Part shown: piece by piece, positions 52,556-61,700 of the stretch | Position numbering within the stretch: the stretch's first letter is position 1 | How the letters are laid out: each line of letters opens with the position of its first letter | Assembly: GCA_964658305.1 (NCBI GenBank) | Contig: OZ210884.1 | Location: 3,472,001 to 3,536,000, forward strand | DNA from: Leptogorgia sarmentosa | Taxonomy: Eukaryota | Direction: 5' to 3' | Length of the DNA: 64,000 nt | The notes under the pieces: model-generated | What the model was told of the DNA's origin: nothing | Seen by the model: only the letters and a program-made list of their open reading frames with translations | Databases searched by the model: none | Made by a program: the position numbers and the translations under genes

Positions 52556-52801
52556 CACAGAGTATATACATACAGAGTTGTAACTGTTGTACCCACTATT
52601 TTTGTGCGCATGCTCGGCAAGTTACTAGATGCGTGCATCTGATTGGATGACGACCTGATGACGACTAAATTTAAACTTGCCAAGCATGCGCAGTTGATCA
52701 TTTTTTGCCGATCGCATTGAAAAAAAAGTGGGTACGTGAAAATGCGAGTTTTTTCATATTGATTTACATTAGTTATATCTCTGTATAATATATCCTCTGT
52801 G
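52556..52801. mobile_element. 246 bp MITE (P-element-like termini) inserted in the DIRS ICR
   Basis: TIR CACAGAGTATATACATACAGAG / CTCTGTATAATATATCCTCTGTG; 7 bp TSD ACCGGAA (52549-52555 and 52802-52808). Confidence 0.85.
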
Positions 52802-53076
52802 ACCGGAAGTACGTAACTACGATTTGGTAGAATTAAAAATTAAACGAGACTTACCTGTAAGTTGAAGTTTGATGATGATTCTACCAAATCCGTAGTTGTA
52901 CTGAGGGTTAATAATTTTAATATGCCCGTCCATGGGCCCACTCCACCTAAATGCGTGTCTTGAATGGTGTCCACAACCTCGTTCAAAGTCAGAGGTTCAA
53001 AGTCTGATTCACGGCAACGCACAGTGTGCATCTCATGTTAATCCTCAGTACAACTCATTGATTGAACTATATATAA

Positions 53077-53276
53077 CTGGAAGGCTACCTTCATATTAAC
53101 GACAGAGCAAAAATTGAAGCCAAAATTTTGTTCAGCAGTTCAGCTGCGTGACATTCTCACTTGTTCGGAAAACAAAGAATGATTTGTTTTGGCCGTGTTT
53201 ACATTGCGTGAGAATTAAGACTGGGGACAATATTGCATATTTTGGCTTCAAGTTTCCGGCGGAAGTAGCCTTCCAG
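53077..53276. mobile_element. Small inverted-repeat element (MITE-like) between DIRS and the DMRT gene
   Basis: CTGGAAGGCTAC...TTGAAGCCAAAAT mirrored by ATTTTGGCTTCAA...GTAGCCTTCCAG; no clear TSD. Confidence 0.5.
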
Positions 53277-53702
53277 ATTTATTTATTTCAATGGTACAAC
53301 TACGGATTTGGCAGAATATTAATGAATCAAACTTCAACTTACAGGTATGTCTCTTTTAATTTTTAATTATCAGTAATTCTAGAGAGATGCTGACTTACTG
53401 ATTATCGGTAATTCTGAATATGGGGAAATAGACGAGTATGAGACTATGTTTGTATATGATATTAATCTGTTATCATATAATTAGGATGTTGACTGTATGT
53501 TGACATAACTCCTTGTCCCGTTTGTTGACAGTGGTATGTGCGCTGTGCGACCAGTCACAGAACACGCAATGCGTCATTTTTTGAGACAATAGAGAGCCGT
53601 CAACTTGTGGTTACTTAGCATTTTATTTATTGGCATAAAACAGTTGACAAGTTAAAGTTTAAACGTTTCAGTATCCAGTTGTAGTCCTTCGCTTCTTCGC
53701 TG

Positions 53703-54865
53703 ATGGAAGGCGACCGCAGTGAATCGCAGGCTGGTCTCTCCCATCGTAAGCCACCCCGCGCTCCAAAATGTGCAAGATGTCGTAACCACGGTGTCAACTC
53801 GTGGTTGAAAGGACACAAACGCTACTGTAGATGGCGCGATTGTACTTGTGCTCAGTGCATATTGTGCGTTGAACGACGGCGAGTGATGGCTGCCCAAGTT
53901 AAGTTACGAAGGCAACAGACGAAAGAAGAGAATCTGAGAGAAAGATTTCAGCAACAAGGCGAAACAGAATTAAACCAGTTTTCAAAATTTCAAAACGCGA
54001 ATGTTCGAGAAGATGGTTACAGTGGTTCTGTGAAACAAGAAGGTATATTTATATATTTTTGTATTAGAAAGATTGGTAATTGGACCTCCACGGGGCGTTT
54101 TCGGTGGTATGGTACTCGTAGGGTCCCTAGGACCGTTCATTGTTGAACTGAAATTCAAAGGGTCCTATTGGACTTTCCTTTAACTGATGTTGTAGGTATT
54201 TGTTTGATCTCAGCTGTTGTATGGCAAAACACGATATTCGCGCAGGGTCTATATTATAAGACCGTCCTGCGAGGTGTTTTATAGGAAGACACGCATATAG
54301 CACGAATACACACATATATACACATTCCACGTGCACACAATTAAAAACGTGAAAAATAAAGCTAGAATCAGTGTATTAAAAACTGTAAAAGGTCAGAGGA
54401 AGGGACAACCTCGTACCCAGGCTCTCTCCTCATAACCCCAAAGGGTTATGGTTGGGTTATGAGGAGAGAGCCTGGGTACGAGGTTGAGGAAGGGATTGTG
54501 GATATGGTTGTTCAAGTCAGGTGTGAAATATCTATGTATATGTTGAGGCCATCACAATTCAACGAGTCTAGGATGAATAGACCTTACCTTACTTTTGAAG
54601 AATATTGGCGAGATTATGAAATTATAATCACTCGCGGACGAGCTTTGTTTTGTATTTTTTTTCGCTCTCGGCGCGTTTCGGTCCTAAGACCTTCATCAGG
54701 AGGGGCTTTTCTGTTGGTTCTTGTTCTTTTTAGTGCAAAGTTTTGTACAAAGTCATGTGTAGTGCAAAGTCATGTACTCCCAGTATTGTGATGAGTGGGG
54801 AAAATTCACATCAGTCATCGAGTCATTGAGTCATCGAGTCATTCACTCAGTCATAGTGTAAAACT

Positions 54866-54916
<51 letters not shown>

Positions 54917-55243
54917 TATATATATATTATACCTCAAATTCAAATTGTCCAATCGAAATACCGTATTTCTATCACGTGATGGGGTGCTTTTTCCAGGTAT
55001 TTCGCCTAGAAAATGAGATATATTCTGTATCTCACTTTAAAAGTGAGATACAGAAAATATCTCACGTTGGCATGACAACCACGCATCTCATTAACACAAA
55101 AACAATTCAAACATGGCGGAAGCTGTAGATATCGATATTAAGAGCGCGTATTGATGTATTCTTGGCTCGGTAATTTCTATTTTCGGTATAATATATCAGG
55201 GGTAATATTTCGTCGAATCACCCTCGCTCCGGGTATATAAATG

Positions 55244-55326
<83 letters not shown>

Positions 55327-56471
55327 ACAATTAGATTACGAGCTCAAGATTTCTATGAGGTGATAGTTGATGAGGGCGAAGTCCGAATCAACTATCATCT
55401 CGTAGAAATCGAGAGCGAGTAATCTAATTGTTTTAGTAGAATCAGAGATCAAACATGAAAATATTGCAAAAAATAATTTAAAACCGCGTCTCAGAAGACA
55501 TTTTCTTGAACGAAAATTCACATATTTTGCTACTCGCTATCTATCGAGAAATAGATAGCGAGTAGAGTAGCCAATCAAATTGCAGCATTTGCAATAGTAT
55601 ACGAGTATGATTCTACTTCCACTGTTTTAAACCGTTCTCATAGCAACAATCATTTTACTCGTACCTTAGTTGATAACAGTGAATAGGTTTCCTGTATAAA
55701 TAATTTATAATAAAAATATTTTATTTTTTCCCAGACTTCAATAATGACGCACAAAACATTTCTACCAATAACGACGACAACGAAGACGGAAAATCCGACG
55801 ACCGAGAGAGCACCGATGACGCACCGTCGGATGACGTAGATCTTGGTAAGAAACAATCGGTCACGAGACGGTTTGACGCATCGGATAACTCCGAGGAACC
55901 CGAAATGGTTACGAACACCAGACGAAGCGAAACGACTATAAATAAGGAGAGCACTATAAAATGTCAAGAGTCCTCGACTGAAATTTTACGAAATTTTTTT
56001 CCATATCACGACGTGTCCACACTAGTGATGAGTTTGAGAGCCCATAACAATGACTTAGTTCGTGCCACTAGGTCACTGATGCTTGAAAATGGCATGCTTC
56101 AGTTTCCCATTCCTCCGATAAGTCCCGAAGATCCTTCGACTTCCTCCGTCTATATGACGAACGATGCCGAGCAAGTCCCAGTCCCTTTTCCACCAGTCCC
56201 TTTTTCACCACCGGTATTGCCGTCTACCCTACAGTCACCTGTAATACCACCTTTTTCTCCTGCGACATTTCCTGGCGGTTCAATGTTCAGGCCTTACATG
56301 CTCCCCCGGCTAGATCACATGGGCTTGCCATTTCACCCATATATAAGACCCCATTCCGGGGAGTTAATGCCTCATTCTTCAAATGGGCGTGAGACGAAGA
56401 CATGCAGTCGTTGCTCAACTTGGATTTTCCCCTCAGATCGGTTTTGTAGTCATTGTGGAAATTCAGCTTGA
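53703..56471 (+). CDS. Dmrt: Doublesex/Mab-3-related transcription factor (DMRT, DMA-containing), 2 exons, 358 aa
   Basis: Exon 1 53703-54042 carries the DM domain [52 protein letters not shown], with donor G|GTATAT. Exon 2 55735-56471 (acceptor TTTTTTCCCAG) is in frame with ORF 55905-56471 and encodes an acidic linker, DMA-like [33 protein letters not shown], a Pro-rich region and C-terminal CSRC...FCSHCG. Total 1077 nt with no internal stop. Confidence 0.92.
54406..54486. mobile_element. 81 bp palindromic MITE with 9 bp TSD (Mutator-like) in the DMRT intron
   Basis: CAACCTCGTACCCAGGCTCTCTCCTCATAACC / GGTTATGAGGAGAGAGCCTGGGTACGAGGTTG; TSD AGGAAGGGA on both sides. Confidence 0.85.
54871..54926. 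repeat. (TA)n microsatellite
   Basis: Direct inspection. Confidence 0.95.
55248..55323. repeat. (TA)n microsatellite
   Basis: Direct inspection. Confidence 0.95.
55321..55617. mobile_element. Hairpin element with the same architecture as 7258-7774 (Crypton-like, tentative)
   Basis: Hairpin 55326-55432 centred on GGCGAAGTC; internal AGTAGAATC (55435-55443) pairs with terminal GATTCTACT (55609-55617); CCAATC box near the 3' end. Confidence 0.65.
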
Positions 56472-58361
56472 CTTCATATGGGTTTGGTTTGTGTGTATTT
56501 AAAAATGCAGTGAAACTGTTGGAGCGATCGTTTCAGTGGTTTTGAAGTATGGCGCTTTGTTGTGGGTCTGTATAAGCTTTGGCATGCTCGGAAAATCCTG
56601 TTCTGCAGCCGTCCATTGCTTGCTAACACAATGTACAGACGTTGTGGAATCGGACACAAATGTCTCTATAAACTCGAGCTCTCGACTCGCAGAGGCGGAG
56701 AGAAGGCAGTTAGAACGTAGATAGTTTAAATTAAATAGTTTAAATTAAGTTGTATGTACAAACTGGTACGGTTTAAAAACACTAATATAGTCACAGATGC
56801 ATAGACGTTTTTCAGGAAAAATATATGGAGTTATCTCAATTTGTAAAATCATAAAAATATTGGTTCAAATTTTACCGTTGTAGTTGAACCGATATATCAA
56901 ATAAAAACTGGCAAAAATGTCAAAAGAATGCTACCGCTTTACCAGCTATCGTTTATTTTTCTGTAGTCACGATCTCTTGTTATTCAAAAATAAAAAAACC
57001 CTTGAAATAAACCCTGAGCTAAAGAATTACTGGAGAGAGTGCACGGCATCAAAAAGTGAAGCCAAAATTTTGGCGTGGATTCATGCTTGCCACGCCAGAT
57101 CCACGCCACTGGTTCCTAATTTTCATTGAAACACCACTGACCGCGACTAACTTTGAGCCCACTAAAGATTTGTTTTGGCGAAAATATTTTGGTTTTTGTA
57201 TCTGCGCACGCAGTGACGCGTTTAAAATATTGTACTCATTCCACTGAGTAATGATGAATGTCCAAACATTCCACGTGGTACTTGTTTTCGTTCAGCTAAA
57301 GCCATAAATATGCAACCTTTTCTGGAGAAAGTCTCTTGCCACACATTATTAATCTACTACAAATTTGTTATATTCCTGATGTATTTAATTAAATAATTAA
57401 TATGTGACGTCATTGTATTCACTCGAAAAGTTGTAACCAACTTCTTCTCCCAAAGCCTGAAAGAAGTCGCGGTAAAACCAACGATTTATGCATGCCGGAA
57501 CTTTGATCATGGCCAAAACCATTAACTACACTCTAATAAATTTGTCCCTTTTGAGGTTTTCGACAATAAAACGTCTAATTTTTCTTGTCAAAATACCCCC
57601 TCCGCCCCCAAAACAATATTATGCAACACCATCCAACATTGATTGGTGGGGGAAAGGGGGAGGGTTCTTTATTTTGCTCTAAACCCCATAAAATAATAAT
57701 ATGTGTCGCCAATGTTTTGACCAGGATTGTCTATGTATTTAAATATTTAAAACAAATTGAAAGAATAGTTACACTGATCGGATATGCTATTGTCATGTTT
57801 GTCAATTCACGACAATTAAAAGAATGGGTTGTATAATACTTTATTTTCTATTCCTGATTAGTGATGTTTGAATTCACGCCCATAGATATATTACAGTTGG
57901 TTACATGTGTTAGTAAATATAAGTGAAAAATTTCATGCAATGGCGACGGACGGTCTTCGAGCGCGCGATACAAGGCAGGTTTATCTAATAACCTATAGCC
58001 AACATTCCCTACCAGACAAGATTTTGCTGAAGCATTAGTTCTTGCGTTTAGCAAGGACAATAATGTTATACAGTGGTGTTGTTGTCTCGAAGATCATGAG
58101 AGCTAAAGCAGGCGATTGCGTTGAGAACTGAAGGTCCTTGGTTAGAATGCGCTAAAGAAGTTCTAACAGCGAATGGTATAGGAGCACGAGAATTTGCCAA
58201 TGCGATCTATACGTTGTTGCAAAAAGGACGGGGAAAATATCGAAACATCATGCTCATTGGTCCTGCTAATTGTGGGAAAAAGTTTCTACTTAAATCACAC
58301 CTTTACTAAATCTTGCTTCCGGCACTTTTGCTTGGGTAGGTAAGGTGAGTATACTGTGTTT

Positions 58362-60120
58362 AAGAAATAGATAACGAGTCGCGTGCCATTATGCTGTTAT
58401 AATGCTCGAGGGCAATGTTGGGAGAATAGGAGAGAATCGCGTAAAACACGAGGCATAGCCGAGTGTTTTACGCGATTCTCGAGTATTCTCACAACATTGC
58501 CCGAGTGCAGGCGAATCCAGGGGTAGTCAAAGCGATCACGCGACTAACGTAAAAAATGCAGTTTATGAAATTTTTTCTCATCTATTATTCTAGTGCGAAA
58601 ATGCGGTCCAGTTTAAAATTTCGTCCAGTTGCACATTAATCTTTTATCTTGTGTCAGTACAAGTGAACAGCGGCCTAGCGCGTGAGTTTTGATCGGTCAC
58701 ATGTCAAATTCGCGCAATCTGATTGGCCATTTCGTAGTTCTCCATGGCGACCCAGATTTTGATCGATCTAGAGGTTGGTCTGATCGATCTAGGGGCATGT
58801 TGGGGGTGTGTTAGAGCTCATACAAGCCACTCAATTGGCTAATTCAAAAGAGTATCTTCATTCCCATTGGTAGTAATTTCTTGATCGATCATGACCGATC
58901 AGACGTTCAGAGAGCTGGTCTCGTATTAGCGCCTTTTCGATACTGTGAGCCTTGAACGCAAAGGAGAGAATACAGCGAGTATTTCACAATGTCTTGTGAT
59001 ATTTTCGACAGTGTACGCTCGGCGTTTCAGCAAAACGATCAAGTCTACCCTCAAAATATGTATGACGATTTAAAACGCGAGGTTGAAGCGAGAAGACGTC
59101 CATCGGTCGATGAGTTGTTGAGCGCGATTATATAAACAACCCAAACATGTGCCTCAGGCGAAACTTTAGTGCTGAATCGTTCATCCCCAAATCTGCTCGA
59201 GAAGGGAAAGACAAGTTCTGTACTGCAATAAGGTCAAGATATTAGTATTATTTGTTTATTATAATGCTGGTTTATGTCTTTCTCATGTTAATAAATACTA
59301 AATAGCGTATTTATTATTATAGCCTATACATTTCTCGCGTTACGCGTCTTGCTTGCGGCAGCCGGCAAGACTTGATATATTACTATTAGATAGTCAATTA
59401 AATTTGCATAATTTTGCGCTCGCTTGCTCTAATCCATGCTGAATGCTAATTAAGTAACCGATACACTATTCAAATACACTAGTATTAACACTACAGTAGG
59501 AGTGTTATGTTATTTAGAATATATTTATAATATGATTTTATATGTTATGCTTTATTTGTCTGAGTAATTTGTTGTTCTATCACACGTGGCCTTGTGTGAT
59601 GTGTCATTGCAATTTGATCTCTTTATCGATATCTAACATCTGACTAGCGTTTCTGATTGGAACATAGACATGGAGTTTTGTGATCTAGCCTGGCAACCAG
59701 TCAAAATTTTGCACATTGCAGTTGCCTGTATTTTTTGTCGGGAAATTTTTGACTAAGGTACGAAAAATCCTGGATCCGCCCCTGCTGCATTATTACAGCA
59801 TAATGGCACGCGACGAGTTTTTCTATTTCTTTTATAATATAAGAGAATATTAGCGCAACAAAAAACTTCGTTAGGAAGATCAAAATTACAATTCTCTTTA
59901 CATGTAATCAAGCGTGTTCTCAAAATGTTGCCAAGCAGCAACACAGCTTTATTCCTTTAGCTGAGCGAAAGCAAACAATTCAAGCGTTTTTTATGGATGT
60001 ATTTTTAGTATATATGTATCTTTATTGTCTTTTTATCAAACCAAAAAGTCGCGGGAGAATTTAATAGCTAGACGCGTGCATTACGCTGTTATAATGCACG
60101 CTCATTAGCCAATCACGTTG
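58362..60120. mobile_element. Hairpin (Crypton-like, tentative) element inserted between Walker A and Walker B of the Rep relic, itself split by a nested insertion
   Basis: Left arm AAGAAATAGATAACGAGTCGCGTGCCATTATGCTGT...; centre CGAGGCATAGCCGAG. The right arm breaks at 58507 and resumes after 59784 (TGCATTATTACAGCATAATGGCACGCGACGAGTTTTTCTATTTCTT); GCCAATCA near 60110. Confidence 0.7.
58508..59784. mobile_element. ~1.28 kb non-autonomous TIR element nested in the hairpin element
   Basis: Ends CAGGCGAATCCAGGGG...TAGTCAAA and TTTGACTA...CCTGGATCCGCCCCTG; removing it restores the host palindrome. Confidence 0.65.
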
Positions 60121-60287
60121 CAGATTTTTAAACGACTTCCGTTGGAATGATAAAATTATTCCTTGGCATGACCTGCTCTTATTACTCGAAGACGAACCCG
60201 TCCACTTTCCGGCGCCTAAAACTCACTTCGCCGAAGATATTTTATTTGAAGCTGATACGCCGGTATTTGCGACCAGCAAGTATAGCT

Positions 60288-60552
60288 AGCTGATCTGACT
60301 GTGTGCAAAAGGCCTGGAACTAGCCACCGAATAGAAATCCATTTTGCTATTTTCGACCACTTATATCTTTTATTTCCCTTCACGAGACTTGTTGAAACTT
60401 GCCAATGGTGTTTAGTAAAGAAAACGTTAGGTCTACCAGAAATTTGGAAACAAAGTAAATTGTAGTTCACCAGAAATTTAGTAGTTTCTATCGAAAAATG
60501 GATTTCTATTTGGCAACTAGTGCCAGTACTTTTCCGTGTTTTCAGATCAACT
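60288..60552. mobile_element. ~265 bp degenerate MITE splitting the helicase between motif C and the Arg finger
   Basis: Imperfect ~57 bp TIR AGCTGATCTGA...AATAGAAATCCATTTT / AAAATGGATTTCTATT...TCAGATCAACT. Confidence 0.6.
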
Positions 60553-60865
60553 GGAGATTGGCGTACATCACAGGTTGTACAGTCGATGAGCGCGAGACCG
60601 AGATGTCATGATGTCTGTACGTTGGTGGTTACCGCAACAGCGGTACGTGTACGTGGCTCGCATACGCTATGGGAACTGCTTGCGTTGTTGTCAACGCTTT
60701 AAAATTTTGTCAAACATTACGAAATGCCCTAAAACATGCTTATTCATCAAAATCATTTTTTAAGTAACAAGTTCCCGCATCTCTGCGTGTCAAGAATTAT
60801 GTGTAAAACGTGTAAATAATGTTTACTCGAGTGTTGGAACTTCAACTCGAAAACCCGTTTTATAT

Positions 60866-61000
60866 ACAGGGTGTCTAAAAAAAAAGGCAATCCAACTTTG
60901 GCATGCCATTGTGCGTTAATTACTGGGTGTACGAACGTGATTTTTGCATGGTCATAAAGATCAAGGTCTTAGCAGTTGAATGACATATTTGTTGCACGAT
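60866..61000. mobile_element. Tc1/mariner-like terminal fragment
   Basis: TA-CAGGGTGTC start typical of Tc1/mariner TIRs; partner end not found, right boundary approximate. Confidence 0.3.
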
Positions 61001-61504
61001 ATGGAAGAAAATCAGGCAAATGCGAGCGTGTTGAAAAATCTCGGTGAAAAACGCATTAACTCCTTACCGAAAAATGCATTAATGATCCCAAAACCTTTTC
61101 AATTTCAACGCTGGATATGTGTGGACGCAACGTATCAGGGGCGGCGGAACATATTTTATTTTGGGGGGGGGGGGGGGCTAAATTTAAAAAAAGTTTATCG
61201 TGGTTTTTGTCTAGGTGGAAACACAAACGGCATAGCGTGTACTCACTGTAGTGATGTCTCCTACTTTGAAAAAATTGTTCAAAATCTACAAAAATACGGA
61301 TATCAGGATATGCAATTGTGCATAGTGCATACTGTAGAGTGTAGATTATTTGATCATCTCATGACTCAGTGTCTCGCATTCTGGCATTCTTTATGTATTT
61401 GGGTCAGCGGGCCAGCCCGGTTCCCATATAAACGCAATACGACTATTACTATAAATTATATTGTGACATTAAATCTCGCTTGAGCGAGCCAGCTCGGGTA
61501 CCCG

Positions 61505-61700
61505 GGCCCGTTCACACGTATGCGGATATCTCTGAAAACGGAGGTTTTATTCTCCGTTTTGGCGTTGCGTTCACACATATACGTCGTGTTCGGCAACCGA
61601 AAACCGTGGTTTCCGAAAACGCTCTCCTGTGCGACAGAGTGTAAGTTCTTAACATTCTTGTTTACGTTGGACGGGCGTAAACGGAGGTTTTCAAACACGA
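61505..61700. mobile_element. PIF/Harbinger-like MITE fragment
   Basis: Starts GGCCCGTTCACACG, followed by AAAACGGAG/CTCCGTTTT sub-repeats; right boundary approximate. Confidence 0.35.

Larger units (their letters stand above)
48918..53055 (+). mobile_element. DIRS-type tyrosine-recombinase retrotransposon, degenerate
   Basis: Gag-like, RT, RNase H and YR remnants in DIRS order. The left terminus (48918-48986) is inverted relative to 53004-53041, and an ICR at ~52539-52911 is complementary to both termini. Confidence 0.9.
57940..60625 (+). pseudogene. Relic rolling-circle Rep: HUH endonuclease N-terminus + SF3 helicase (CRESS-DNA/parvo-NS1-like), deleted and interrupted
   Basis: 57940: MATDGLRARDTRQVYLITYSQ (RCR motif I-like) / FPTRQDFAEALVLAF...VIQWCCCLEDH (start of motif II). 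Then WLECAKEVLTANGI...KGRGKYRNIMLIGPANCGKK (Walker A, 58259-58282) / NLASGTFAWVG (to 58341). Resumes at 60125: FLNDFRWNDKIIPWHDLLLLLEDEPVHFPAPKTHFAEDILFEADTPVFATSK (Walker B to motif C). Resumes again at ~60558: LAYITGCTVDERETEM/MSVRW (Arg finger). Confidence 0.75.

Noticed and set aside
54459..55967. ORFs 54459-54791, 54795-55016, 55336-55521, 55650-55967 and 55721-55954
   Set aside because: They lie in DMRT intronic repeats or are antisense to DMRT exon 2.
58121..58309. Stand-alone cellular P-loop ATPase gene
   Set aside because: It is one fragment of the frameshifted, insertion-split Rep relic; Walker A is degenerate (GKK).
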